NCBI RefSeq assembly: GCF_006345805.1
Contig: NC_043005.1
Span: forward strand, 67,456,001-67,520,000
Source of the DNA: Octopus sinensis
Lineage: Eukaryota
Direction of reading: 5' to 3'
Length of the DNA stretch: 64,000 nt
Shown here: positions 1 to 13,049 of the stretch, in pieces
Numbering within the stretch: the first letter of the stretch is position 1
How the letters are laid out: each line of letters opens with the position of its first letter
Translations under genes and position numbers: made by a program
The notes under the pieces: model-generated
Told to the model about the DNA's origin: nothing
Seen by the model: the letters and a program-made list of their open reading frames with translations, nothing else
Database searches by the model: none

Positions 1-596
1 GTGTGATACGTGCACACAGAAATACGATATGATTTAAATGTAAGCACATGTATACATATATGAATATCTATGTATGACTATATTTGTGTATGCAATTTCT
101 TATGATAATTACATTTATGTGTGCTTATACGTGAGATTTTTATTGACTGCTTCCTAATGCATATCCATTTCTAGCAAGTGCAGAGCCGCTTACATAACCA
201 CATGTAGTCTGAATATGTCTGAGCAGGCATATTTCTACATGTGCATATATAACTCCGTCTTTATAATACATATGTATAGGTAGTGTGTTTGTGTGTATTT
301 ATAGACGTCAGAATATTCAATTTTGTTTCTACACATATCTGAAATATATATCTGAAACAAATGATGCGATCGTTTAGGTGCCATAATTCTTTTGACCTCC
401 TGCCAATATATATAATCTCGTACTGTCTCGTTTGTCATTATACTTCGCTTGATTTTCCTCGAGATTTACCGCAAATTTCACCGTCTACAGTAATTTGCTC
501 AGTAAATAAGCTGACATTTATCTTCTTAGATCTCCTATTTGTAGCAATGTTCTCATTATTCCATAATCCTTCACTAATCTATAATTCAAATTTCAG

Positions 597-698
597 CACA
601 GTAGAGAAAGGAGGAAAAGTTGGTTTATTCGAACCGATGGATTTTGTGCCGAAGGTCGTCGACCAAAACAATGAAAAGCCGACCTATTCTGACAATAA
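597..698 (+). CDS. Candidate coding exon of an unidentified host gene (TVEKGGKVGLFEPMDFVPKVVDQNNEKPTYSDNK)
   Basis: Branch-like CACTAAT about 20 nt upstream of a TTTCAG acceptor (AG 595-596). The 102-nt open segment ends at AA|GTGATT (phase 2-2); alternatively it is terminal, with TGA 700-702 and AATAAA 705-710. GKVGLF..DFV loosely resembles an SH3 C-terminal strand. No homolog recognised. Confidence 0.4.
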
Positions 699-1044
699 GT
701 GATTAATAAACTATAAAGAAAACCATTTAATTTTTAACATACGTCACCTACAACTGAAACTTCCCTTAATATATACATTTTTTTTTTCTTTTAACTTATT
801 CAGTCTTTCTTCGGCCATTTAGATTCGGAAAACTTTTCCGGTTTACAAGATGTAAACTATAATCTACCAAGTTTATTATTCATTTTATATTGTTAATGCG
901 TAGATTGATGGTTGATTGTAAGAGGAATTTATAGCCAAGTAAAAATGATTAAGAATAGAATGCCAGTTTATTATAAGAAGAGCTGGAGAGGACTAATACT
1001 ATGTATACACAGATTCGGACAGCCACAAGTGTGTGGCTTTGCGT

Positions 1045-1080
<36 letters not shown>

Positions 1081-1091
1081 TATATATATAT

Positions 1092-1175
<84 letters not shown>

Positions 1176-1187
1176 ATATATATATTA

Positions 1188-1420
1188 CGGCACAACTACT
1201 ATACCTCTACTCATCCCGCTCTATTTAGTATTATACCAAAAGACATCAAAACGGAAACAGATCTCATAAAATTCAAAAGTCCTCCAGACAAATTTCTCCA
1301 AACAATCCCGGACCTACCGCCAATGTCCGGATATGTCTCCAACAATAATAACTCTTTGCGAGAGTGTGCCATGGTGTCCCATATATGACTGAGGTGTGAA
1401 TCACGATCTAAATGACTTCA
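1188..1420 (+). mobile_element. CR1-like LINE 3' end fragment
   Basis: Translates to LFSIIPKDIKTETDLIKFKSPPDKFLQTIPDLP..SGY.SNNNNSL, the typical C-terminus of this LINE group. Same family as 11500-11815. Abuts (AT)n. Confidence 0.65.
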
Positions 1421-1618
1421 TCAAACACACAACCCATACACATGTATTGAAAGCATGCAGTTATATATGCACTCATAGAAATATGCCTCCTCAGACATAT
1501 TCACACTACATCTAGTTATGTAAGTGGTTGTACAATTAGAAGAAACGGAGGCGTATTAATAAACGGTCAAGAAAAATCCTTCGTATAAGTACACACCGAA
1601 AGTTATCTTTGACATCCA

Positions 1619-1703
<85 letters not shown>

Positions 1704-2935
1704 TTGTTTATATACATATGTATATATACAAAGAGAGAGAGAGATGTATATAATACTAGTATCTAGTTATGATCATGATATCAAGATTTCAAGGTGGTAA
1801 CCATATCCGAAAATATTACATGGCTTTTTAGAAGGCTCTTGTAACGTACAGAAGCTGAAAATTACAATAATTGAATGTAGGAATAACTTAAACATTTCTC
1901 CTTCCAACATAGGATCAAAAATAGGTGCCCCAGCATGGCCACAGCTCATGAGCTGAAACTGGAAAAATCAAAATCAATACCCAAAGCAGAACCAATTGAT
2001 TGGGTGGTAATATAGTAATTGTAATTAATATGTGGTTAAGAAATCTTTGTTTCATTCCAACTGGTAGCACCTTGGCCAGATGTATTTTACTTTGTCTTAG
2101 AACTGACCAATGACTCAGTAGTGAAATTAGCGTAGGAAGAAACTATGCGTAGAGAATTAGATATGCGTGTGTGCGTGTGTATGCGTGTGTGTTTGTGTGT
2201 GTGTTTGCGTATGTGTTGCTGTGCGTGCGCATGTGTGCCTATGTGTCTGCATGTGTAAGTGCACGCTTGCGTGTATCTGTATGGGTAAGCACCAGTAAAA
2301 GTATGCATTAGTTTCAGCCTGTTTGCTTTTGTCGCCTAGATTTACATCAACAACTGTCAAAATAAAACAAGAGTTGTTCATGCATCGTTAGATTATATAA
2401 CTTTTCGGATGAATAGGTTACAGACTGAAATAAATATTCAATCCGTATGAACAAATGATAGACGAATGAAAAAATAATGATGCATATTCCTAATGATGCA
2501 TAATCCTAATGACGCATATACAGAAAATTCCAAAAGCAAAGGAAGGGACCCATGCAACAGAAATCGATACGAGAGGACCAGTCCAGACGTATACTGCAGT
2601 ACTGGACATTCTAAAAAGATATCCACGTTCAGGTGGATATTAAGATTGCATTTTGGTACTATTCCTGCTTCCGTCAAAAATAATTATTTTTGAACTTTGA
2701 TGTCTGTTTCTAAAATACCTTGGAAGGAGTGACTTCAACTTTAACGTTGAAAACTGTACTATATATAATTATGTATGTTTATATATATATATATAATGCA
2801 CAATATATGGATTAAAATAATCCTGTGGTATTCACAGAAAAGCTCCTTTGGTGGACCAGTTTTTTTAACTGGTGAAATAGATATATTTATCTCATACGGC
2901 CTGATTCTCTCCATCTCTCCAGCTATCTATCTCTG

Positions 2936-3002
<67 letters not shown>

Positions 3003-4295
3003 ATGTTATATATATATATATATATGAAAAATGCATTAGATACTACAAAACGTACTCGTAAGACAGACACAGAAGACGCAAAAATGAGTATTAGTATTTT
3101 TTATTGTTAACTGAAGTTTCTCGCCGCCTTAGAAGTAAATAATGCCAGATGAGTCGACCGACCTAGATTCGATCAGAGACACTCTAACCAAATTTGGGTC
3201 GGTTGAGTCATTCTGCACTATGTACTTATTTTTGAGTACCTATATACTCCTGTTGAAAACGGATTTTTTTTCTTGCATGACGCAGCACTTCTGTGCATAA
3301 ATAAAAATCACGTCTGAAAAATTGTAGTTAACCACAATCAATCTGTTCTTATTATGCATTCTTCACCTGTCTGGAAATCTTCAATTCGTTTGGATTTAGA
3401 GTCTATAGATGGTTGTGAAACAGATGCAGTGAATGTAACCATGTGCCACTTTGATCACCCGTTGTGCATTCAGTCCAACACGTGAATGTATGCATAACTC
3501 CAGGAACAAGTTCATATTTACTTTAATGAGAACGTAGTTGTCGTTATACATTGTGTGTATGCAATCGCACCCACCCTAACTTGGTGCTTTTACTATTTAA
3601 ATACCTGGTTCTCACAAATCTTTGATATATGTGTGTGCGTGTGTGTGCATGTGTGTGCGTGTGTGTGTGTGTGTGTGTACGTATGGAAAACGAACCGCCG
3701 CCAACTATTGTGCCTATATGTCTGTGCACACCTTTCAATGCCATATATACAATGAAGTCAGTAAACCTGACGGAAGCCTCAAAAGACATTTTCAGATCCA
3801 CAAAAATCAGAATTTAACTGCAAGCTCTTGGTGGCCCAAATCAGATATGCAAATTATGTGGATGTCTTTTCAATACGTTGTCTGGTTTTAAAAGCCACAT
3901 CAGATGCCATGATGGATCTAAGGTGTAGGTACAAGACCTCTGCATATGGAGTAGACAACCACCATATATATATGTGTGAGTGTGTATCTGTGAGTGTATT
4001 TATATGTATATATCTATGTATGTACGTATATATATAGAACGTTTATATATTTGTTGTGCAAGATTTTTTTTTTATGTGAAGTCGTGTGTTGAAACAGATA
4101 TTGTAATATTTCGGCATGGTCATTTTGCCAGTTTAGTCAATAAAAACACACGCACTATATATTTGGTGTTATTTTGCTTCGGAAATTAGATTAAGATTAA
4201 TGTAAAAAATAAATAACACTGAAGCAAAATAACACCAAATATATAGTGCATGTATTTTTATTGGCTAAACTGGCAAAATGACCATTCCGAAATAT

Positions 4296-4326
<31 letters not shown>

Positions 4327-4738
4327 GGCGCAGGAGTGGCTGTGTGGTAAGTAGCTTGCTAACCAACCACATGGTTCCGGGTTCAGTCCTACTGCGTGGC
4401 ATCTTGGGCAAGTGTCTTCTGCTATAGCCCCGGGCCGACCAATGCCTTGTGAGTGGATTTGGTTGACGGAAACTGAAAGAAGCCCGTCGTATATATGTAT
4501 ATATATGTATATGTATGCGTGTGTTTGTGTGTCTGTGTTTGTCCCCCTAGCATTGCTTGACAACCGATGTTGGTGTGTTTACATCCCCGTCACTTAGCGG
4601 TTCGGCAAAAGAGACCGATAGAATAAGTACTGGGCTTACAAAGAATAAGTCTCGGGGTCGATTTGCTCGACTAAAGGCGGTGCTCAAGCATGGCCGCAGT
4701 CAAATGACTGAAACAAGTAAAAGAGAAAGAGAAAGAGT
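4327..4738 (+). mobile_element. tRNA-derived SINE, family A (full length)
   Basis: GGCGCAGGAGTGGCTGTGTGGTAAG head with A-box and GGTTCAGTCC B-box, internal (TA/TG) repeat, tail ...CATGGCCGCAGTCAAATGACTGAAACAAGTAAAAGAG. Near-identical copies at 31232 and 43746. Confidence 0.85.
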
Positions 4739-4794
4739 ATATATATATATTTACACATACATACACACAAAAACACACAGAAAAATAGAGAGAG

Positions 4795-4873
4795 AGAATG
4801 AGCGTCCAATAACACGATACTTATTCCACATCCTCGCGCTGTTGCGTTTTCTCTTTGTTCATATTTGGATTAA

Positions 4874-4877
<4 letters not shown>
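4795..4877 (+). mobile_element. PLE-type 3' tail fragment
   Basis: GAGCGTC.AATAA...TCCTCGCG.TG...TTTGGATTAACT followed by (AT)n. Homologous to the opposite-strand copy at 4953-5105, which carries an HHR. Confidence 0.5.
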
Positions 4878-4915
<38 letters not shown>

Positions 4916-4952
4916 ATATATATATATAGATATATATATATATATATATATA

Positions 4953-5105
4953 TAGTTAATCCAAACAAGAAAACACAGAAAAAAACAGCAACGCGAGGAC
5001 AATTAAAGTATTATTTGACGCTCAGGAGGTTTAACGTTTCGAGCGGAGCTCTTCGTCGGAAACAAGGAGAAGGAAAGATCACAAGAAGGGAAGACAGAGG
5101 AAAAA
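4953..5105 (-). mobile_element. PLE-type 3' end with hammerhead motif
   Basis: HHR-like core at 5029-5063 followed by the same tail as 4795-4877, ending in (AT)n. Confidence 0.6.
5029..5063 (-). ncRNA. Minimal type I hammerhead ribozyme variant (U4C)
   Basis: Minus strand GUUU-CCGACGA-A-GAGC-UCC-GCUC-GAAAC-GUU^AAAC: 4-bp stem I, 4-bp stem II, loop-less palindromic AACGUU stem III (dimer type). Confidence 0.55.
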
Positions 5106-5138
5106 AATATTTTTATTAAAAAAAAAAATATATATATA

Positions 5139-5178
<40 letters not shown>

Positions 5179-5182
<4 letters not shown>

Positions 5183-5360
5183 TTTATAGAAGGAGCTTCT
5201 ACAGGACTAGAACTGTTCATTCAAAAGAAATCATCAGGATTTCTTATGATGAAACAGTTCTAGTCCTGTAGAAGCTCCTTCTATAAAATAATTAATTTAC
5301 TCTGCTATGTATTGAGTACCTTATTTACTGTGGTTAACCCCGTCTCAACCTGGGACCTAC
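5179..5360. mobile_element. Fold-back PLE 3' end (inverted arms centred in a hammerhead)
   Basis: TTTTATAGAAGGAGCTTCTACAGGACTAGAACTGTT(T)CAT is the reverse complement of ATGAAACAGTTCTAGTCCTGTAGAAGCTCCTTCTATAAAA. The loop contains TCATCAG (CUGAUGA on minus). The right arm continues ~70 nt further to (AT)n. Confidence 0.7.
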
Positions 5361-5409
5361 ATATATATATATATAAATATATTACATGCATATATTATAT
5401 ATATATATT

Positions 5410-5442
<33 letters not shown>

Positions 5443-6444
5443 ATTATAATATATGGAGAGAGTGAGAGAGAGAGAAAGAGATAGTACTGCACAAATAGAA
5501 GCCGAAACATAGTGATGGAAGTAGTATATCTGTGCTTGACAAAGAAAATATGAAATAATTGATAAGCTGTAAACGAAAAGAAATAATAGTCTATTTCGAA
5601 AGATTTTAAAATATTTTATCTACCTTTTGTGTAATGAAACCTGTCAGTCTTTGCCTCTCCTCCTGAGTTACGTTGTTCTTCAACAGAGACGAATTATCAA
5701 AAATTTGATGTAAATCTACAAGATTGTTTTCTCTTTCTGAAATGAAAATCGAAGTATTAATTTCTATACGTCAGATGAATATCGTTACGATTATATTATT
5801 CAATGTATAAATGTACTGAAAAGTTAATAGAAGACCAGATTCAGGTTCAGATAAACCTGAAGTGTGTATATTGAAAATTGATTTGCTAGTGTAACCGGTG
5901 ATCTGATGAGCAAGCTTTCTTTATTAGGATTAATATGTGAAAATGCAACTGTACTGTATAATGCAGAGCTTACATATAAATAAGAGCCGACGCGTAATTT
6001 CTTCCATCCATATATTAATATTACACGAAGAAAGTTACGAAACACTCGAACACTCGTCATTAAATAAATATGTATTCACCTCTCATATCTCCAGATTCTC
6101 TGTTTATATGTAAATGTGTGTGTGTATTTGTACACACACACACACACAAACACACACACTCACACACATGTGGAACTCCTTTTTACAGGAGATTAATAAA
6201 AGGATTATACAAAGAGAATATAATACGACGATGGAGGATAACCGCACACAAACATTAATTTGCTCAGTTCATATTCAAAGAACATTCTTTTTAATTATTA
6301 CAAAGGTGAATGAGGCTCGGCAACAGCCGTATGTGGCCGCATCATTCGAGCAGAATACGATTAATAAGCCCCTGGATTTCAACCCCACCACCATATATAC
6401 GCTTTGTCGTTGGTAATACTCCACCTCTTCCAAACCTGTGAATT

Positions 6445-7050
6445 CCGTAGCAACGGCTTTCGTCACCGGTGATGACCCCGAATAAAAGTCAGAATCAACA
6501 CCCAACTTTTCTTTCAGTTCACGAGAGGCATTCAGTCATGACTGCTTTTGATCTTCTGTGAGCAAACGAGGCACAAATTTTGCTGCAACTATTTTCATTT
6601 GCAATCACTCACTCAAAGTTCGTTGGCAAGGGCTTCAGGACACACCAGCCATATCAATAAGTACGCTACTTGTTCAGTGACAGTTTTTCAAAATCAGTTC
6701 ATGAAATTGCTTTTTATTCGTTAAGGATGTCGACGGACGCCCTGAACGAGACTGGTCTTCAGGCGACAAGTGACAACTCCTAAACCAGGGAAACCATGCG
6801 TAAACATGTGTTTTGCTCATGGCAGCGTCCTTGTAAGCTGTTTGAAATATGAAAACTCTTTCGGACGCCGATTTCCTCGGCCGAAAACAGAATTTCATGG
6901 AAGCATGCTGTTCCTTCGTTTCAGCCATCGCAAAAATTGACGAACAGGGGAGAAGCACTGCAAAACAAAGACGCACCTCAAGACAGTATGAGTATGACTG
7001 AAGCCGAAGACGCCGCTCGGCAGACTGATGCCTGAAGAATAACATAAAGT
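6445..7050 (-). mobile_element. mariner transposase 5' fragment (degenerate)
   Basis: ETKEQHASMKFCFRPRKSASE..FQTAYKDAAMSKTHVYAWF..F......EDQSRSGRPSTS (HTH region) and a downstream VITGDES motif. Confidence 0.85.
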
Positions 7051-7354
7051 GGTTGTATATGTGTGTCCGTCTGTACCCTAAAATGCTCGCTATTAAGTGA
7101 CTGAAACAGGTGAAAGATAAAAGATTATACAGAAAGGATAAAGCTTCTTTGCGAGCTATATAATCTCAACGAGTCTGTTTTTTTTATTTCCTGTGAGGTA
7201 TATATTGTTCCCTGGACCATCCGTAGGGCGAATACTCAATTTTACTGGCTCAGTGAATCAGAGCAATGCAAAATGAACTGGCCTGCTATAGAGCAAGAAC
7301 ACAAAAATATTCACTCCTGAATATTTGTTCTTTATATATATGTGTGCATATATA

Positions 7355-7399
<45 letters not shown>

Positions 7400-7416
7400 C
7401 CGTGTGTGTGCGTTTG

Positions 7417-7458
<42 letters not shown>

Positions 7459-7827
7459 TACACGCAAATATAGCAAATCTTGATTTGAAGGAACAGTATA
7501 TATATATCTGTACGACTAATTGAGATATATTAGTTCATCGTTTGTTTTCAAGATAGACTTAGAAATTATCATGGGACTAGTTTATAGTTTATTATATTTA
7601 TAGCTTATAGCATAATGTATTACGTGGTTGCATGAGAACCGAAATTTCTTTGTTAGACAAAGGTTGCACAAGTTTTCACCTCAAGTGTAGATATCATGAT
7701 AATAGATAATAAGTAGACGTATTACTGGCTTTATTTTGTCCTAAATTACTTTATATTGTTTTAAATTATTTTTTATGGCGATATTCCATTCTTAGTGAAA
7801 ATTTGATGAAATTATAGTCAGTTTTAG

Positions 7828-7861
7828 AATGAGATGTGTGGGAGGGGGATATGCAAACAAA
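7828..7861 (+). CDS. Candidate micro-exon (MRCVGGGYANK)
   Basis: TTTTAG acceptor and consensus AAA|GTGAGT donor. The 34 nt are in frame with the 597-698 exon (phase 2 to 0). Confidence 0.3.
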
Positions 7862-7969
7862 GTGAGTATCCGATAAGCAAGTTAGAGAAACGACACCAAA
7901 ATGAAGAAAATATATTTAGAATACATTTGATAAAAAAAAAACATTATTCAAATAACCTTCGTCTCTCAG

Positions 7970-8029
7970 AAAATCTGCCACAAATGTGTGGCCACAGATC
8001 TGAAGCACGTCACAGAATTTGTGATATGA
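7970..8029 (+). CDS. Candidate exon (KICHKCVATDLKHVTEFVI*)
   Basis: CTTCGTCTCTCAG acceptor after a 108-nt intron; phase 0 continues the previous exon. Ends at TGA or at a weak donor TTT|GTGATA. Confidence 0.27.
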   Translation, partial: KICHKCVATDLKHVTEFVI

Positions 8030-8244
8030 TTTCTTCTCTCTGATACATAACCACTCGATAAGTTTAGTAACTTTTTCTTGCTTGCTGTAGGATTCCTGTA
8101 AAGACGAGAAGAAACAGAAATTTAAAAGGATATACTAATGTTTAAATTAATATCACTTAAATATGTAATACATTCAATATGTAATACATACAAGATACGC
8201 ACGCGGAACCATACTTATACATTTCATTTATCCTTTAGATTTTA

Positions 8245-8430
8245 TTTTGTTCAGTCATTCAATTGCGACCATGCTGGGCTGCCGCTCTGAAGGGTTGAGT
8301 CGAACAAATCGGCGCTGGTACTTCATTTTATTTTTAAAGCCCGGTACTTATGCTAACGGTTTAGTTGCCGAATTGTTACGTTACAGGAACGTACACAAAC
8401 CAGCACCAGCTGACAAGCGATGTTAGGGAC
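8245..8430 (-). mobile_element. Family A SINE, diverged 3' half
   Basis: Reverse complement of the family A tail (CAGTCATT..ATTGCGACCATGCTGG..., TTGCCGAA..GTTACG). Confidence 0.6.
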
Positions 8431-8639
8431 AAATATACGCATATACACAAATATACACTGGTACACATATACACCTGTATATATAAAAGATAATTACTTG
8501 TTCCTTGTATTAGTTATTGAGCTGCAGCCATGCTGGAGCACCGCCATTTGATGTTGCTACGTAATTTTTACTTCACTAATTCTTTTCAGGACTTGACAAT
8601 ATGTGCATGGGTGAGATTGGCACCGCTGTCCTCATTTGC

Positions 8640-9200
8640 ACTTACCGCTATGAAGTTGGTTAATCTAGGACTCTTGAGAGTAATAGATCTAGTTTTGTTT
8701 TGAGAACATCTACAGCCATCGCATGTAGCTCCCTTAGGTTCTTCCGAGGAATATTGAAGAGTTGTCGGCCTTTAAAACCCAGGCTATTGTAATATCTTGT
8801 CTTATATTTTGATGGCAAAGTCGGAGGCTTTGACACTATGTAGGGATGCCCCGTATTAGAGTTAGTGTAACTCTGAATGCCAGAGTTTAGTAGAAGTCCC
8901 TCCAGTTTTTTCCAGATGTATATTACGGCATATCTTTCCCGCCTACGCTCCAGGGAATAGAATCTCAATCTCTTGAGTCTTTCCTAGTAGCTGATCTACT
9001 GCATAGAGGCTATCTTCCTCGTGTAGCTTCGTTGGATTGCCTCAAGGTCAACAATTATTTTTACACTAGTTGATGACCATAGCTGGGAAATTTCCGCCAG
9101 AGGACCATTATGGTTTCCTGATTTCTCGTTCTAAAAGTTCTAAGAATCCATCCAGTCAGCTGCCCGTAGTTCTTTGCCAGCTTAGCAACATGCGTGTGGA
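8640..9200 (-). mobile_element. CR1-like LINE, 3' part of RT ORF (stops/frameshifts)
   Basis: WILRTFRTRNQETIMVLW...LEAIQRSYTRKI...YSLERRRERYAVIYIWK...GRQLFNI....LKTKLDLLLSRVLD. Confidence 0.85.
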
Positions 9201-9259
9201 CGAATTAATAGATGAAGAAGTATGAATCAAAATTCATGAGCTTACTACATAAGTGGACT

Positions 9260-9580
9260 ATGATTATAGTTCATTACAGAAGATGGTGGAAGACTTTCAG
9301 TATGGAAAAGTGCGTGAAAAGGGCGCACCTTCGCATTTTACACACGATTTTAAATCGCGAAGTGTAGGATCTTCATCTACAAGAAGTGTTGTAGACATCG
9401 AAGAAACGATAATTTCAATCTGGTGACATGAGATGAAATGTGAATGTTTTATAATCTGGACCGGAAAGCTCAGTTCATGACATGGCATCACATATCTCCG
9501 ATGTCTAAGAACCTCAAGTGCCTTCAATTGGCATAGAAAATCATGTTGACAGCTTTTGTGGATGACAGGGGTAGCTTTTT
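9260..9580 (+). mobile_element. mariner transposase relic
   Basis: YNLDRKAQFMTWHHISPMSKNLK...KIMLTAFVDDRG aligns by eye to mariner YxPETKxQSxxWxHxxSPxxKKFK..KVMxTVFWDxxG. Confidence 0.6.
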
Positions 9581-9659
9581 TGCTTGATATTCTGGAAGAA
9601 AAAATCTTTGCTTCTTACCACACAGCAACACGCATACACACACACACACACACAAACAG

Positions 9660-9697
<38 letters not shown>

Positions 9698-9794
9698 TGG
9701 TATATACATACATACATATATATATGTGTGTGTGTGTGTGTGTACGTGTGTGTGTGTACGTGCGTGCGTGCGTGTGCATGTGTGTGTGTCTGTA

Positions 9795-9985
9795 TTCGTC
9801 ACCACTTGACAACTGGTGTTGGTACGTTTACGTCCCCGTAAATCAACGGTTCGGCAAAGGAATCTGATAGGATAAGTACCAGGCCTAAGAAAAAATAAGA
9901 CATGAGGTCGATTTGTTCGAGTAGAACCCTTCAAGTCAGAGCCGCAGTGTGACTGCAGTCATATGACTGAAACAAGCAAAAGATT
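9795..9985 (+). mobile_element. Family A SINE, 3' half
   Basis: CTTGACAACTGGTGTTGG..TTTACGTCCCCGTAA..CGGTTCGGCAAA..GATAAGTACC..ATGACTGAAACAAG. Confidence 0.7.
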
Positions 9986-10339
9986 AAAGGTATATATATT
10001 CACCACCCTTGTATAATAATGCGCTAAGTAGAATGTTTTACGAATGTAGGAATGCAATGAGTAAGTGGGAAATCAAATAAATGCATAAGTGTCATCAACG
10101 ACCTCCTTCAGATGCGCTCATTTGATTATCTTTTAAAGAGCCCATTCTTGGCAGAATGTCATTTGTCTATTAAACAATTTACTAATGGAAAGACTCTCAA
10201 GAGAGGACTGAAACTAGGGGAAATCCTTAAAACTAAACGATGTTGATATAATGTGGCTCAACAGTTCTTAGCTCGGATATGGGACTCATGAGCTATAATC
10301 CGAATACTGAATGGCACAATAGTTCAGTTGTACGAGCAT

Positions 10340-10510
10340 ACTGACTCTATGATAGTCATTGCTATATTTCGCACGTCTTAATTGCAAGCAAAATTCTTTC
10401 AAATGTTATTTTACGTAGATTAACCATCATCTTTGCACTGAGTATTCTGGAAGCCAGTGTGGGTTCAGTTCTGGTCGAGGAACAGTGAACATGATATTCG
10501 GCTTAAATTA
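10340..10510 (+). mobile_element. RTE-clade LINE RT fragment
   Basis: IASKILSNVILRRL....ILE.QCGFSSGRGTVNMIF (one frameshift), RT motifs 1-2 region. Confidence 0.65.
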
Positions 10511-11004
10511 TAGATTCAAATAAAGCGAAGTCATAAAAATACCAAATATAGTGATGGCAGTAAAAACTTGAAAATATAGATTACAAAAGAAATAGACCAA
10601 ACTTTCTTAATGGAAGTAAACATTAAAAGTATAAATATAAATCAAACCTAAAATTCTGTCTTTGTTATTCTATCATAAACATGTCTGTTTTTTTTTATAA
10701 AGGTAGATTAACACACTGATATATAAGAATATAGACTAGAAGTATTCGTTATCTCTTTTGTCAGTAAATGTTTTTCTTCAAAAGAGTCGTGGTCATCCTA
10801 TTAGCCTAGCGGGATATCAACTTGTCTGCCAGTCTACTAATAAAACTTTATTTCTGTTGTCCTGGTACGCATGACATTTAATTAGTCTTTAAAAGATTCC
10901 TAGCACACAAGAATAGATTAATTCGCCTGCACCTACATACACATAGATCTTCATTTACTCAGTGCATATACATGCGTCCATATATATATGTGTGTATATG
11001 TATG

Positions 11005-11121
<117 letters not shown>

Positions 11122-11467
11122 TGCACATGCGTTTGTGTGTATTAATTTTTTCCAAGAACCAGCTCCATAATGTAGAGTTTATCAATATCACATACATAAT
11201 ATATGTGTTGATAAATGCTACAAGCTGGTATTTCGTTCGGGAATGTGCCTTTAAAAGCATATGGTTTTAGAAAGGCACAGTACACTTCTTCAAAACTAGT
11301 AAAATCGCAAACGATCGGAACTGAACGAGAACGATATATGTCGATATGTCACAGTTTTGACTCTGCTCATCAGTGTCGTATCCCAGCCATATTATATTAT
11401 ATTATATTATATTATATTATATTATATTAATATATATATATATATGTGTGTGTATATTATACATATA

Positions 11468-11498
<31 letters not shown>

Positions 11499-11499
11499 G

Positions 11500-11813
11500 T
11501 ATGGCCTCAACAGGCCCTGCCCTATTTAACATTGTCCCGAGGGAGATCAAAGAAGAAAAGGATCCCATCAACTTTAAACAGAGTCTGGATAGTTCCTTCA
11601 AAGAATACCAGATAAGCCACCCATAATTGGATACAACTCACCCAACAAGAACTCACTACTTGAACAAACTGGATACAACTCACCCACACAAGAACTCACT
11701 ACTTGAACAAACTTGACTTAAACAGGATTCGAATAATCCTATCAGGTGGTGCTGTTAAGTTAGACATGACCTGGACCAATCTTTGGTCGAAACATATCTA
11801 AGTTTATCTAAGT

Positions 11814-11815
<2 letters not shown>
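11500..11815 (+). mobile_element. CR1-like LINE 3' end with an internal ~43-bp tandem duplication
   Basis: ASTGPALFNIVPREIKEEKDPINFKQSLD...IPDKP; GGATACAACTCACCCA..CAAGAACTCACTACTTGAACAAACT occurs twice. Confidence 0.7.
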
Positions 11816-11847
<32 letters not shown>

Positions 11848-12131
11848 CATCAAACGTGCAGAAATGACGTACTCCAAATGAATTAAAAAGGTGATATCAT
11901 CCAATGGTAGAGAGAAATTGGTGAATCATACCCGGATTTTCCACATTACACAAAAGGCGATACGCCATCATGGCCTCAGTCAAATAGCTGAAACAAGTAA
12001 AGGAGTGTCTATATATTTTTGAATAAAAGAAGTGCAAAAATACCATTTTAAAAACCACCAATCCTACGATAAATATTAAGGTAGCAGTCTTGCTAACCAC
12101 CTCCGTCTAACTGTTTTTAACAGTAATAATG

Positions 12132-12168
<37 letters not shown>

Positions 12169-12171
<3 letters not shown>

Positions 12172-12469
12172 CGTGACCGACCAGGCTATCAGATGCTGCT
12201 ACACATCGCTGGTCACAATGCGCTTCGCATTGTTTTAGTCTTCAAATGACGCCACCCCAGTGGCTAAGCGAGCAGGCCAAAACAAGACAGAGTGAGAGAA
12301 AGTTATGGCGAAAGAGTACAGCAGGGATCGCCACCATCCGGTGCCTGAGCCTCGTGGAGCTTTAGGTGTTTTCGCTCAATAAACACTCACAACGCCGGTC
12401 TGGGAATCGAAATCGCGATCCTACGACCGCGAGTCCGCTGCCCTAACCACTGGACCATTGCGCTTCCAC
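12169..12469 (-). mobile_element. tRNA-derived SINE, family C
   Basis: Minus strand GTGGAAGCGCAATGGTCCAGTGGTTAGGGCAGCGGACTCGCGG..GATTTCGATTCCCAG (A- and B-box-like), unrelated body, flanked by microsatellites. Confidence 0.8.
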
Positions 12470-12503
12470 ACACACACACACCCACACAATATCATATATA
12501 TAG

Positions 12504-12631
<128 letters not shown>

Positions 12632-12637
12632 ATATAA

Positions 12638-12696
<59 letters not shown>

Positions 12697-12998
12697 TATA
12701 ATATATATATATTTCAACAATTGAGGGCAAAATTAATTAATTATTAATCAATTTCACCAAGTGTTCAGTATGCAAAGGGACCATTCAAGGCGAATTCAAA
12801 TTATTACATTATATAAAAGGGCTTAGTAAAATAAATTACTTTGCCGCATACTGAACTCATTAGAAATAGCAGCTAAAAAACTTTTTTAAAGCTATTTCTA
12901 ATACTTAAAGAAAATCTCTCTCATATATAGTGTTTGCTTAATTCAACTCACAAAAGTTTGGGGGTAAGGACATCGAAAAATCAAATGCTAAGGTTATT

Positions 12999-13049
12999 TG
13001 AGAACGTACGTTTCAAGATTAGTCAAAACACACTTCCATCATCAGCTCA
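12999..13049 (-). ncRNA. Type I hammerhead ribozyme, monomer copy 1
   Basis: UGAG-CUGAUGA-stem II-GAAAC-GUAC-GUU^CUCA on the minus strand. Confidence 0.7.

Noticed and set aside
3409-3481. Possible exon DGCETDAVNVTMCHFDHPLCIQSNT
   Set aside because: Weak polypyrimidine tract, and the phase is incompatible with the neighbouring candidate exons.
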